From Octopus sinensis (taxonomy: Eukaryota), in NCBI RefSeq assembly GCF_006345805.1, contig NC_043013.1:6200001-6264000 (forward strand): a stretch of 64,000 nt of DNA. Direction: 5' to 3'. Below, piece by piece: positions 1 to 13,120 of the stretch. Positions within the stretch are counted from its first letter, which is position 1; every line of letters starts with the position of its first letter. Made by a program: the position numbers and the translations under genes. Under the pieces are notes generated by a model. The model worked only from the letters and a program-made list of their open reading frames with translations. It made no database searches and was not told the origin of the DNA.

Positions 1-50
1 AGAGCGCGGGCTACTAACCCCAAGATTCCGAGTTCGATTCCAGGCAGTGA

Positions 51-88
<38 letters not shown>

Positions 89-220
89 GCAATGAAAAAT
101 GCCTTAGGAATGAGAACCCAGGTTCGAAGGCTGGAGGGTATGTCAGCCGAAACGTTGTGTTAACAACAAACAAGATGAGGACAAATATCTGTCAAATGTA
201 AATAATGTAAATAATGTACC
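1..220 (+). mobile_element. tRNA-headed SINE with a Penelope-like tail (5' end cut by the window edge)
   Basis: B-box gagttcgattcc, (AAT)n, then ggctg-gagggtatgt-cagccGAAACG and tgtaaataatgtaaataatgtac. The same tail recurs at about 55050-55505. Confidence 0.55.
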
Positions 221-557
221 TAAAGTTATATTTAATTTGTTATATATTATTACCTGGCCAAAAGATATTAAGATATAAGGTAATTATATCCCTACATTGT
301 ATATGTTTCAACCAAATTGTACTTAGGAATAGCAATTTTAAATCTTAAAAAAATGTTCCAAACTTGTGACCACAACTGTTATGTGGAAATTGAAAGGAAT
401 CTAGGCATGGATGAATGGCTCTGTTATTTGCTAGGCATGGACTTTTTTATCTTATGGGTGATGATGCAGTTCTCACCTGATATTTTCATCTCTCTTCTTT
501 CATTCTATTTCATTTTAATCCCATTCTCAATCTTATTTTATTCCGTATGTTTTGCAG

Positions 558-693
558 CTATCTTTGGCCAGTACCTTAAGGAAACCATGTTGTATGAGCA
601 CAATAATAAAACCAAAAGGAAAGTTCCTTATATAATTGAAGCTTGTGTCAAATTTCTTGAAGAACATGGATTGGAAACTGAGGGTGTATATAG
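558..693 (+). CDS. ARHGAP24: RhoGAP (ARHGAP22/24/25, FilGAP-like): internal coding exon with the start of the RhoGAP domain. Upstream exons lie outside the window.
   Basis: Acceptor tttgcAG (556-557) and donor AG|GTAATT (694). Translation AIFGQYLKETMLYE...VPYIIEACVKFLEEHGLETEGVYR matches the GIFGQxL...CVxFI...GLxEEGLFR pattern. The Arg-finger codon is split AG|G with the next exon. Confidence 0.9.
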
Positions 694-1839
694 GTAATTA
701 TAAATTCTTTTGATTTACACAAACACAGCCACATGCACCCCCTCCATGCATGCACACATGTATATGCCCTTATTTCTCTGGGATGCCCTCTAGACATTCT
801 TTCCCTTACTGCACTCACTACATCTATCCACATCTCCCCCAAACCCTCTCTCTCCCCATCCCCATCCCATTATGTCCCCAGTCAGGATTTCTCCATTGCC
901 TCTCCGGCTGGGATGCTTTCTCAATATTCACACCCTGCTTTTCCCTATCTCCGCTACCTCTTTGGCCCCTCTTTCCCTCATTGTTCTTCGGCTTCTCTTT
1001 CCCATATTGTTCTCATTGTACACTCCCACTGCTCCCTTATCCTCTGTCACATTTTCTTTGACTGCATTCTACCTACAGCTTCTCTGCCCCTCAACATTCC
1101 TCACCTTTTCCCCTCCCTTTTTGGCCTATGACTCCCTCACCCCTCATTCCTTCAATGACTTTCACAGGACTCTTCACCACCCTAGACCATTGCTCTCTTC
1201 CCTTCCCTCTCTCTCACATCTTCTATCCATACTTGCTCTTATAACACAGAATAGCCCAAGGAACCCTCCTACACAACTAACCCAATCACCTTTCCACTCT
1301 GTCTCCTCCCATTTTCTCAGTAACCTTTGGCACTAAACCCTTCCTCTGCCATTCTCCTCACTCCCCCATTAGTGACTACCCTACTATACTCCCCTATTTT
1401 ATTATAGCTATAAACCCGGTCTTCTAAGCTTACTTAGAATGTGTTTGAATGTTGTGGTTTGTTTGGTTTATTTGTTCCCAAGCAACACCTATTTTAGTGC
1501 TGTTGACACCGCCGGATTGAATGGTACTGCCCAGGTGTCGAAACCATAATGATATCTGTGGGGCAGCTGATGATGGAGGTATGTTGGATTGTTGGTAAGG
1601 CTGTTTTTGTATATGTGGAATAGTGTTATAACACATCCTTTTGATATATGTATATATAAGAGGAGAATTCACAAAAAATCAAAAGACGAAGACAGGTGGT
1701 GTAGACAACACACAGATGTATTAGTTTAACGCACTCGGGAAGTGAAAAAGTTTTTAACGTTTCGAGCCTATGCTCTTTCACAGAAAGGAACACAGAAAGA
1801 AACAAGGAGAGAAAATGGAGAAAAAAAATATAAATATAA

Positions 1840-1891
<52 letters not shown>

Positions 1892-2035
1892 GATACATCC
1901 ATTTATCTATATATCTATTTGTACTTAGATCAATCTAACTTTACCTAGCTATGCGTATCTATTTATCTCATTCTCTCATACCTATTCCATTCCTCTCTCT
2001 TTTACGCACATTCTCACATACACTCTCTCATTCAC

Positions 2036-2070
<35 letters not shown>

Positions 2071-2287
2071 TGCACAAACACACACACACACGCACAAACA
2101 CACACACACACACACATGATCTCTCACACTTTCACCCTCATATTTACACACACACAAACACATTTTAATTAACTTATTCATTATACAATCCACCTCCGAA
2201 ATCATTACCAATACACAGTCTCACTAAAGAGACCCTTTATCTCTCTTCAAAAGAGACAACCCCTTTAGTGGTTACTCATTGCACTCT

Positions 2288-2682
2288 GTGTGGAGGTGCA
2301 ATGGCCCAGTGGTTAGGGCAGCGGACTCGCGGTCATAGGATCGCGGTTTCGATTCCCAGACCGGGCGTTGTGAGTGTTTATTGAGCGAAAACACCTAAAA
2401 GCTCCACGAGGCTCCGGCAGGGGATGGTGGTGATCCCTGGTGTACTCTTTCACCACAACTTTTTCTCATTCTTACTTTCTGTTTCTGTTGTACCTGTATT
2501 TCAAGGGGCCGGCCTTGTCACTCTCTGTGTCACGCTGAATATCCCCGAGAACTACGTTAAGGGTGCACGTGTCTGTGGAGTGTTCAGCCACTTACACGTT
2601 AATTTCACGAGCAGGCTGTTCCGTTGATTTGGATCAACCGGAACCCTCGTCGTCGTAACCGACGGAGTGCTTCCACCACCAC
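2288..2682 (+). mobile_element. Full-length tRNA-derived SINE (family C, tail 1) in the RhoGAP intron
   Basis: A-box tggcccagtgg and B-box ggtttcgattcc. 11-bp TSD cattgcactct (2277-2287, 2683-2693). Near-identical to 20020-20406. Confidence 0.9.
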
Positions 2683-3266
2683 CATTGCACTCTTTAAGTG
2701 GTTGGTTATAGGAAAGGCATTCACTTATCAAAACATGTCAGAAGGAAATATTTTAGTGAGATTTGAACTCAGCGAGATGCATTGTTATCTTCTTGTTTGA
2801 AATGGATTTAATTATCATCATCATCGTGTAATGTCCACCTTCCATGCTAGCATGGGTTGGCTGGTTTGACACGAGCTGACAAAGCAGGAACCTGCACCAA
2901 GCTTCTGTGTTTGTTTTGGCAAGGTTTTTTTCAGCTGGATGTCCTTCCTAACACCAACCACCTGGTAGAGTGGACAAATCTGAATAGGAATTCATGGAAG
3001 TCCTTAGTTTTCTTCATATGGCATCATCCTCTCGCTTGTGCTTTTCAACATGATGAAATGCAACCAGTTCTCAATGTAAGACATACGCAACAACAAAGTT
3101 GGTCCGTTTTCTCAATTGCTGTGTGTGAGCTGAAGTTTATAACAAACTGTCCAACCCATGCCACCATGGAAAAAAAATAGACATAAAATGATGATGATGA
3201 TGATGATGATGATGATAGTAGGAGCAGTGGCAGTGGTAGTGGTGGCTGTAATGATGATGATGATGA

Positions 3267-3309
<43 letters not shown>

Positions 3310-3517
3310 CAATTCAATTGATATGTGACCACACAAGCCAAAAAGTATAGCTCATCAATTACCTCCCTTTATACACATTTGACAATCGTATACTCTGCCA
3401 TGCTGCATAAAGCAATCAACTACATACGTTTAACAGTTACATTACCATGCTTTGATGTGTAGATTAATTTTCCATAGTATATACTTGAAGAAATGTACAC
3501 ACACATGCAACCTTTAA

Positions 3518-3736
3518 CCCTTTAGTGTTCAGATTATTCTATCAAACATAATGCCTATTGATTCCCATTGATTTGAATTAATCATGCATTATCTCATATC
3601 TTCAAGATCTTGATGGTGTAATTACTTAATGTAGAATAACATTGTGGGGTAGGTGTGAAAGCCTGGATCTGGTCAGTTTGAACATAAAACAAATCAACTA
3701 TTTTGGCCGGATATGGCCGGTTTAAATACTAAAGGG
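3518..3736. mobile_element. piggyBac-type MITE
   Basis: TTAA|CCCTTTAGTGTTCAGA...TTTAAATACTAAAGGG|TTAA: TTAA target duplication and CCC-initiated terminal inverted repeats. Confidence 0.8.
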
Positions 3737-3859
3737 TTAAAGGACACAAAGATGTAAGCCTGAAGACTTAATGAACTTTTTTCCTTTTTCCTTTTACCTT
3801 TTTTTCTTTTCCTTTTTCCTTCTTTTCTCCTGTCAATATTCCTCCAATAATCTCAAAAT

Positions 3860-3935
3860 CATTCTGACGATGTTACATGGAACTAGATAAATGCATATTC
3901 ACCTCAAAAATAACAAACTGAAACAGCTGTAAATG
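3860..3935 (+). ncRNA. Hammerhead-like motif with an intact core (relative at 12396-12474 on -)
   Basis: catt-CTGACGA-tgtta...taaca.aact-GAAAC-AGCT-GTA-aatg. Stem I is catt/aatg and the stem III loop is palindromic. Confidence 0.5.
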
Positions 3936-4186
3936 TTATTTTAACTACAATTAAACTATGACCATTTAATACCAATGATCAACTTCTAATTATCAATTGT
4001 TGCTCCATTTCTTTTCTTATCTGAATATATTAAACCACAGTTTACCATTTCTATTACCAACTACTGTTAACCTTATAGCAAGGCCTAGACATAGGTAATG
4101 CATCAGCAATGCCTACAAGTATATTTATCCCTTAGATGGTTGCATAACCTCTAACTCATAATTGATATATATATATATATATATAT

Positions 4187-4585
4187 ACTCTTTTACTTGC
4201 TTCAGTCATTTAACTGCGGCCATGCTGGAGCACTGCCTTTAATCGAGCAATTCGACCCCGGGACTTATTCTTTTGTAAGCCCAGTGCTTATTCAATCGGT
4301 CTCTTTTGCCGAACTGCTAAGTAACGGGGACATAAACACACCAGCATCGGTTGTCAAGCAATGCTTGGGGGACAAACACAGACACACAAACACACACAGA
4401 CACATATATATATATATATACATATACACAACGGGCTTTTTTCAGTTTCCGTCTACCAAATCCACTCACAAGGCTTTGGTTGGTCCGAGGCTATAGTAGA
4501 AGACACTTGCCCAAGGTGCCACGCAGTGGGACTGAACCTGGAACCATGTGGTTGGTAAACAAGCTACTTACCACACAGCTACTCC
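4187..4585 (-). mobile_element. tRNA/CORE-like SINE (family A)
   Basis: Reverse-complement match to the full copy at 62322-62793, with an internal (TA)/(CA) microsatellite. Confidence 0.85.
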
Positions 4586-4789
4586 ATACATATATATACA
4601 CACACACTCACACACAAACACATATATATATGTATTCGCACATATCTAGCTGTACTGCATAACTTATTTATTTTACAAAGCAGGTAGTGACAATACTAAT
4701 AAAATGTGTGGAGAAAAGTCATTTATGCACACCAACAAAAACAGATTTTGTGTGTAAAGCAACCAATAGTTATACACACACAAATGTGC

Positions 4790-5283
<494 letters not shown>

Positions 5284-5299
5284 TATATATATATTAGTT

Positions 5300-5427
5300 A
5301 AGTTTGTCTGGTCATAGAGTGACCAATGGTTTTGCATCTGCAAAGACCTTAGATCCATGAATGTCTTGGAACTAAGGCCTTTGCAGGTGCAAAACCATTG
5401 GTCCACTCTGTGACTGGATGTAAACTT
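5300..5427. repeat. Foldback palindrome (MITE-like hairpin)
   Basis: Inner arms 5321-5352 and 5372-5403 are reverse complements at 30 of 32 positions. Outer arms extend to aagttt/aaactt. Confidence 0.85.
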
Positions 5428-5504
5428 TACTTATAAATATATTACTGCTCTATTCTTTAAAGCGTGCTTCTTTCATGGGCATATAATACATTGATGGTAT
5501 ATAT

Positions 5505-5730
5505 CATCATCATCATCATCATTTAAAGTCCACTTTCCATGCTGGTATGGGTTGGATGATTTGACTGAGGACTGGCAAGCCAGGAGGCTGCACAAGGCTC
5601 CAATCTGATCTGGCAAGGTTTCTACAGCTGGATGCCCTTCCTAATGCCAACTACTCTGAGAGTGTAGTGGGTGTGTTTTACATGCCACCAGCATGAGGGC
5701 CAGTTAGGCAGCACTAGCATCAACCATGCT
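5505..5730 (-). mobile_element. Dispersed retroposon family D (also at 2815-2975, 12945-13290 in the opposite orientation, and 13990-14085)
   Basis: Shared catcatc-tttaa...ttccatgctggcatgggttgg...ctacagctggatgcccttcctaa motif next to a (CAT)n tail. Confidence 0.7.
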
Positions 5731-6639
5731 ATAGATATAAATAAGATGAAACCATTATTTTGAAGCTAGTTTAATAAAAGACATTGGTTGAATAAGCTGT
5801 TAGGTGAAACTTAGAATCCTTGTCAATTTCAAAATTTATAATAGATATTTTAGCAGGTATTTATTTATAGAGGGTGGCAGTGCTAAGCAATGAGTGTATA
5901 AATACAAATTTGTTACCACTTGAACAATGTTTGAATCATATTGAAGCCTGTAAGAAAGTCATTCGCTGTATTTTGTCATTGAAAAAATTCCTTATTGTTG
6001 ACAGAGAGGCGTAAATGCACTGAGTCAGTTCCCAGTGGTTCCTAACCAGACTGTTGGATACGTGCATCTCGGAGTGTATGCTTGTAAGGTTGCGAGTTTG
6101 ATTCCCAGCAGCATGTTGTATTCTTGAGCAAGATTTTTTATTTTAAGTTTCCTAGTCCATTCATCTGGCAAAAATAAGTCATACCTGTATTTCAAAGGGC
6201 CAGCCTTGTCACATTGTGCCACATTGAATCTCCCTGGGAACTACATCAAGAGTACATATGTCTGTGGAGCACTCAGCCACTTGCATGTTAATTTTCTGAG
6301 CTGGCTGTTCTGTTGATCAGATCAGCTGAAACCCTTGTGGCCATAACCCCTTGAGTACCAGTTATCTTCTCTTCTGCTGCAGACAAGAAAAGGAGACACT
6401 GTGAACTGACACGAGAGACAGGTCCCTTTTGTGATATTACTGTCATATTCACCTCTCTGTCTACACTGAGAAATTTTCCTCATGACAAAACACAGTGAAT
6501 GACGTTTGTACAGATTTGAACCTGCCTCAAACATATTTGAGCTGGTAACTAGTTTGTATTTACTTATTTATGTATTTGTTTGCTGTTTGTTTGTTTATCT
6601 CTTTGTATTTGTCTATTTATTTATTTTCTATTTTTGCAG

Positions 6640-7804
6640 GTTAGCTGGTCGTGTGGTATTGATAAAGGAACTGCAAGAAAGCTTTGATACAGGTGAATGC
6701 ATTAGATTAGAAGACAGTGAAGCTGATGTACATACTGTAGCATCTTTATTAAAATTATATCTCCGTGAACTACCAGACTCCATTATTCCCAGTGAACATT
6801 TCCAGAGATTCATGAGCATTGCTTATGAAGCTGTTGACAAACATAAGAACCAAGATGAAGAATTCATTCCAAGATTAACAGAAGCTGTGAATATTTTGGA
6901 GCCAGACAACTACAACATTTTGCAGTATTTGTGCAAGCATCTTCACAAGGTGTCACAGTATTCTGATGTTAATAAGATGACGCTAGCAAATTTGGCAATG
7001 GTTTTCGGGCCAAATGTCATTCGTCATGAAGACGAAAACCCAGAAATTCTACGTGCTACAGCTGATTTGAACCAGAAGCTTGCGTTAATACTTATCAAGC
7101 ATTCAGATGTGATTTTTGCCCACGACTGTGGTCCAAACTTACTTGACATGCCTTTGGCTCTTCCTTGTGATGCTCCATTATTGCAGCCACTCACAAACAC
7201 ATGTGAACCTCCCTTACAAACCAGTGACATTGAATTTCAGCTTGCGGATGAATTTAACAACTTACCAGTAACATCACCATCGCCTTTCACCAAGTCCCGT
7301 AGTTTGAAGGCTTTAAAACCTGCACCACCTCTCCGGCTCACGAAAACAAACAGTTCCAGGCATCATCGGCGTTTACGTCTTGTTGAGAAAAACAATAACT
7401 TCAACGACTCACTAAGTTCTCCAGATTCTTGTAAGTCACCAGAGACCCCACCTGCATCATTTGGAGGAAATACTGAAGGTTTTGGTGAGGTAGCTTCCCC
7501 TTCAGAGGTGAAATTTAAATGGGAGCATTTCACTTCAAGCAATGCTGTTTTTGATACGAGTGATATCAAACACATTCCAAAAGAAGATAAAGACGAGATG
7601 TCGAAACCTGTAACTGAAGTAGAGAAGCTAAAGAAAGATTTAAATCGGATGAAAATTTTGTATGAGGAGAAAGTAGTGGAAGTTGAATCACTGAAAGTAC
7701 AACTTCAGAATCAAAGTAATGCCAAAGACAAGACCATCGACAAAGTTATAGAATTACAAGAGATACTTAACAAATACAAAATTCGATATGGGGAATTGAA
7801 ATGA
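6640..7804 (+). CDS. ARHGAP24: RhoGAP (ARHGAP22/24/25-like): terminal coding exon with the rest of the GAP domain, a Ser/Pro-rich linker and a C-terminal coiled coil
   Basis: Acceptor tttttgcAG (6638-6639), in phase with the exon above. Motifs LAGRVVLIKELQESFD, DVHTVASLLKLYLRELP and VNKMTLANLAMVFGPN. Heptad-rich C-terminus ending YGELK. Stop TGA at 7802-7804. Confidence 0.93.
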
Positions 7805-8382
7805 TTTTTAAAAATAATTCTATGTATTTTGGGGGAGGAATTTTGAAACACTGTTTTCTTATCCCTTCAAAGGAAATACCGTTTATTTTTATTCAAATGA
7901 GGAAAGTGCATGGTTCTTATACTGCAAAATTTCCTTTGTTCTTACTTTCTGCTCTGGCTTAAAGTTTTAAAGTTAGACTAAGCAGGAAGAGACAAGAGGC
8001 TGCAAAATATATTCCCCTCACCCTTGTCCTTGCCATTTTTTTTTTAATATAAAAGTTTTTAAGTGAATGAATGGAGTCATTGCAGTCTGTAAAATATATA
8101 TTTTATCTATCAAATACAAAGATTTTGATTGGTTTGTCAGTGAAAGGGGGCCGTGTTATGTAATTAAAAGAAATGGTATGTCACGTGAGAGAGGATTTCT
8201 TTTATAGACTAGATTGGTTGCCAGGGCAAGGAAGGGCTTCTTACAGAATTGTAGGTTTACAGAGTGAGTCACAAGTGAAGAATATCACAGTGTATATTGG
8301 TTGACTTGGCGAATGAAGACTTGTGATGGAATGTAAGACTGAAAGATGAGAGCATTCTTACATAGAGTAATGAGAGAGAGGG

Positions 8383-8426
<44 letters not shown>

Positions 8427-9245
8427 TTCATATTATTTTTTAAAAACAGCTTTACTGTAAATGAATCCAAAAATGGCTCAATAAGAGAACAGATCTATCA
8501 AGATGGAGTTACATTTTACAAATGTAACAGTAAAACAAACAATTCTTAAATATTTTCTAAACATCCCTTCCACCACTTCTGTTTATATTTTAAATCCATT
8601 TGTTTGTGTTTATTCATTTTTTTTTTGTTTAATTTAACAGTTTTGACTGTTTACCATAAATGAATGTATCAAATAATGGGAAAGTTTGCATGAGGAAATA
8701 ATTATATCTGTAAAAAGTTCTACGAATTCTTGATATAAGTCAATCACAAAAATGTCCGGGTCTTTGTAGCACCATGAAGAATTGATTATTTGTTTTGTTT
8801 TTGTCCTATTCTACCAAAGTGATTGATTTTAAATGTCTTTGAGTTGCTGTCACTGGGTTAATAATGATACAGTTTTTTTTTTATTAATTATTATTACAAC
8901 ATTGGACAATACTGCTGTGCTTTATGATAATTAATTGTTATTTTTGTTTCCATTTTCATGAGACTTGTGTTAGAACTGGATAAGATGTGTAAATTAAAGG
9001 GACGGGCTCTGGAAAATCGTACCCCTACTCTGTATTTTACTGGTGCTTAATTTCAATTGAGAAATGGGAAGCTGTGAACAAGGACAACATTGTTGTTTAG
9101 CAGACTTATGATCCAAAATGTTCGAATTAAGACTATCCCATCTTTTCTGGGACAATGTGAATGATCTAGCTTGGCATTTTAATATTTGCAGCAGTTAGAT
9201 AACATCAATTTCCTAACGAACGAACAAACGAATTAATAAAAATAA
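7805..9245 (+). other. Probable 3' UTR of the RhoGAP gene, with a candidate AATAAA near 9235-9240
   Basis: Largely TE-free, U-rich sequence directly after the stop codon. The end point is not determined. Confidence 0.45.
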
Positions 9246-10117
9246 CAACAGGGTATTTTGGGCAAGAAAGCTGCTGCAAAGAACCCACGCAATATTTTAG
9301 CTAACTTCTATCACAGAATGGAGCTTGGTACGGTTATGTTTAGAGTTGGAATAAAAACAATCTCTGAATAGCACAAAAGCTTGGTCAGTTATTTTAGATA
9401 TCAATAATCAATCAAGACAGACAATGAGTATTTAATGACTTGGAGCAGGATAGACTTATCCTGATGATTTAATCATTAAAATGACCATTTTCCAGGAACC
9501 ACAACACTTCATGGAAATAGTAGCAATGGTCATTGTTAAGAGTTGTACAAATTTCTATGGAATTAGGTAAGAAAAGAGGCAAATCTTCCTTCCTTCCTTT
9601 TTTTGCTTCTTTTCTTTCTTTCTTTCCTTTCTTTCTTCCTCCATCTCTCTTTTCTTGGTCTATTCTTCTTGTTATCCATCCCTCCCCCTTCTCTCTCAAT
9701 CTTTCTTCATTTCTCTTTTTCTTATATATTATAGTTCTATTTTTTCTTATTCCCTCTCCTCTTTCTTTCTCTGTCTGTTTGTCTCTCTTTCTTTCTCTCT
9801 CTCTCTCTCTCTCAAGACATGGTAACCAGTCAAACAACAGATTTCTAGAGGTTTTCTGATAACAAACTGATAACTGTTTTTCTCCTTTAGGTAAACACAG
9901 ATGAGTAGAGTTAAGAAAATTGCCCAAGGAGATATTTCAACGTCTGTAGTGGAAACACTGATAATAGACATAATCTCAAATGCCAGCAATCCTATCAGAC
10001 ATTTTACAATGAAATGTCATCAGTGAACTAATGAGTTGATAATTATCTCAAATATTATCATTGAATGAACTTAGCTGTGTTGTACCATCTCAACTTTCTA
10101 CAACACTATTACACAAC

Positions 10118-10585
10118 ACATTGGTTAAAATAGTTAATACTATATCTATTAGTGTGAAGTTTTAATGAAGCTATTTTCTCCCGAGATGAGATGCCCAGCA
10201 GGCAGTCTTCCTTATCTTACCCCTGCATACTATCTTAACTGACTGTAACATTGTTAAACCATCACATCAGTTAAAATAGTTAACAAACTAAAACCAGCAT
10301 GGAAGACGGGTGTTAAAAGATGATGATAAATGCTATGTCTGTTATTGTGTATCTTTAGATATGAGACACCCATCAGGAAGATTTTCTTACTTTAATCTGC
10401 ATATGCTAACTTAACTGTTTGTAGCATTATTAATCCAATACATCAGTTAAAGTAGTTAATATGTCTGTTATTGTGAGGTTTTAATGACGTTCTTTCAGAT
10501 ATGAGATACCCAGATGCAAATCTTTCTTGCCTTAACCTGCATATACTTTCTAAAATATTAAACAACACATCAGGTAAAATATTAA
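10118..10585. repeat. Diverged tandem array of three units of about 130-175 bp, plus the start of a fourth
   Basis: Units start with cat(c/t)(a/g)gttaaa(a/g)tagttaa at about 10119, 10266, 10441 and 10568. Each complete unit contains gatgagatgccc/gatatgagacaccc/gatatgagataccc and ctgcata. Confidence 0.75.
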
Positions 10586-10954
10586 TAATAATAATAATAA
10601 TGATAATAATACAACAACAACCAAATGGCATGCTTAAACACTTTGGCCAAATACCAGAACCCCCCAAATTATCAGAACTACAGAACATTTTGAAAATACC
10701 TGATTCTCTTAAAAGCTTCTTCAAAACTGAAATATTACAAACCTAACAGAATTTTAGTTTTTCCAATTCTGGTTGCCTTCCTCTGTAATATATATCATTG
10801 CTTATTATCAATAACACCCATAGTAAAACATCAAGCTTGCTATTACTTGACATCTCAGGTTGAGACTTGAACAGCTTGAATAAAGCAAAGCAGCGACAAC
10901 AACAAAATTAATAATTATAAAAAAAATTTGAGACCAATATTGTTGTTATTATTA

Positions 10955-11173
10955 AAGTGATGAACTGGCAGAATCATTAGCACGCCAGGCAAAATGTTTA
11001 GCAGTGTTTCTTCTGTCTTTATGTTCCGAGTTCAAATTCCATTGAGGTTGACTTTGCGTTTCATCCTTTCAGGGTTGATAAAATAAGAACCAGTCAAGCA
11101 CTGGGGTCAGTGTAATTGACTAGGCCCCTCACCACAAATTTTGGCCCATGGGTCCATAGTAGAAAGAATTACG

Positions 11174-11217
<44 letters not shown>

Positions 11218-11440
11218 GGTGAAGGCGGCAAGCTGGCAGAATTGTTAGCATGCCAGGCAAAATGCTTAGTGGCATTTTGTCTGTTATCATGTTCTGAGTT
11301 CAAATTCCCTGAAGGCTGACTTTGCATTTCATTCTTTCGGGTTGATAAATTAAGTACCAGTTATGCACTAGGGTTGATGTAATCAACTGTCCCCTAACCC
11401 ACCAAGAGTTCAGGCTTTACGCCTTCAATACAAAGAATTA
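10955..11440 (+). mobile_element. Two CpG-decayed copies of SINE family B separated by (ATT)n
   Basis: ctggcagaat-ttagca head, ttctgagttcaaattcc B-box, and gactttgc-tttcatcctttc-gg-tgataaa-taagtaccag central domain. Confidence 0.8.
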
Positions 11441-11562
11441 TCATTAAGGTGGCACGTTTAGCTAGGTATATAAATTAAAAAGTGGTTTTTAAGTATTTAC
11501 AACACATATGTAGAAATGATATACATGTATATATAAGTAATATGTACATGTATGTATATAAA

Positions 11563-11624
<62 letters not shown>

Positions 11625-11971
11625 CAGTATACATATATATATAGAGAGAGAGGATAATCATTAGCTTCTTATGTTTAAGAGAGAGAGAGAGGGTGGGGAC
11701 AACAGTGTAGGAGACTGATGAAGGGAGGGTGATAGGAGGAAAATTGATGTCTTTCACTGCAAAGAGAGATGTTGGCAATCTAATTGACGTGGAGCTCATC
11801 CCCACGGGGAGTCAAGACCAAGAACCATTTTCCTTATAGTCAGTATGAAGCCTGAGATATATGAGAAAGGTAGGAAGGAAATAAAATGTGATGTACATCA
11901 TCCCTCTTTGTAAAAAATTCTCTGGAATAGAATTATAAAATCTCAAATATATACACACACACACGCACGCA

Positions 11972-12059
<88 letters not shown>

Positions 12060-12107
12060 AATAAATGAAAGAATGGAGTTGAACGACGATTTAACAAAAT
12101 TCCTTTA

Positions 12108-12190
12108 TTCTTGACATATGTTTTGAAGACTGCATATTCCTAATTCCGAAGGAATAAAGGGTGCATTATACCGCCTTCTCATCAGGAAAG
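12108..12190 (-). ncRNA. Hammerhead-like motif, same family as 58032-58110
   Basis: Minus strand: ctttc-CTGATGA-gaag...cttc-AAAAC-ATAT-GTC, followed by the same downstream cgttcaactccatt. Confidence 0.55.
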
Positions 12191-12272
12191 ACAAGGAACT
12201 TATGTCAGCATCATGACGAACATCGGTTATCGGTTAACCGAATTATCCATACTAGGATAATTCATTCAAATA

Positions 12273-12320
<48 letters not shown>

Positions 12321-12944
12321 TATAAAAGAAGAAAAAGAAAATGGAGATTAGGGAAGTTAATAATTGTTTATTGTTAACAGCAAATTGGTCATCTTCACTT
12401 ACAGCCGTTTCAGTTACTACACAATAAACATTAAATTTACATTTATGTGACATGAGCATAATATCATCAGAGGTAAAAAGATGTATCTTTGGATGCTGTA
12501 TGTGTGTTTGTGAATTCATTTTAGCAGACTGAATGTTACAGTTTATGATTTGTATTGTTACATGCTGCTCGGGCGTGGGGTTTACGGGTTGATTAAAGAT
12601 GAATAAATAAAGTAAATAGAGATGATAGAGGAAAGTTAATTACAAATAAGGTATATATATATATATTTATTTTTTGTAATATGTATTTTTTTTGTGTATA
12701 TATATAGTTTTATGTGTACAGATATATATTTTTGAAAAAGATTTCCTTAAATGTTAATTATATAAAGAAATATTTAATCTGAAAAAGTAGACAAACATAC
12801 ATTTTTTAAAGATTTTTTTTATGTATAATTAATAATTTTTTAATGTAAGAAAATCACTTTTCAAATATTGTGACTGTGTGAAAAAATTTTTCTAACAACT
12901 GTTATTTATATATATTTGTCTTGCAAGTTCCCTGTTAACCCTAT

Positions 12945-13120
12945 TGGTACAGGTACCATGTAAAAGGTGCTGGTGTTATGTAAAAAAGACCAGTGTTGTT
13001 ACCACATAGAAAGCACTGGTGCTTGTGCCACATAAAAAGCACAGGTGCTTTTTATGTGGCACCAGCACTAGTGCTGGTACCACGTAAAAGGCACTGGTGC
13101 CATGTCAAAAGTGCCTAGTA
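12945..13120. repeat. Internal minisatellite (about 24 bp, gtgctggtgccacrtaaaaagcac-like) within a family D element; one unit is inverted
   Basis: Repeated tggtgc/ccatgtaaaa/gcac units. gtgccacataaaaagcac is followed directly by its reverse complement gtgctttttatgtggcac. Confidence 0.7.

Noticed and set aside
733-1400. Overlapping Pro/Ser/Leu-rich ORFs
   Set aside because: Pyrimidine-skewed low-complexity intron sequence that lacks stops because of its composition.
6506-6639. Hydrophobic N-terminus of the 432-aa ORF, resembling a transmembrane segment
   Set aside because: It is the T-rich intron end upstream of the acceptor at 6639. The same applies to 317-557 of the first ORF.
12945-13120. 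CRISPR-like short palindromic repeats (also 24277-24480)
   Set aside because: No unique spacers and no cas genes, in a eukaryotic context. These are minisatellites.
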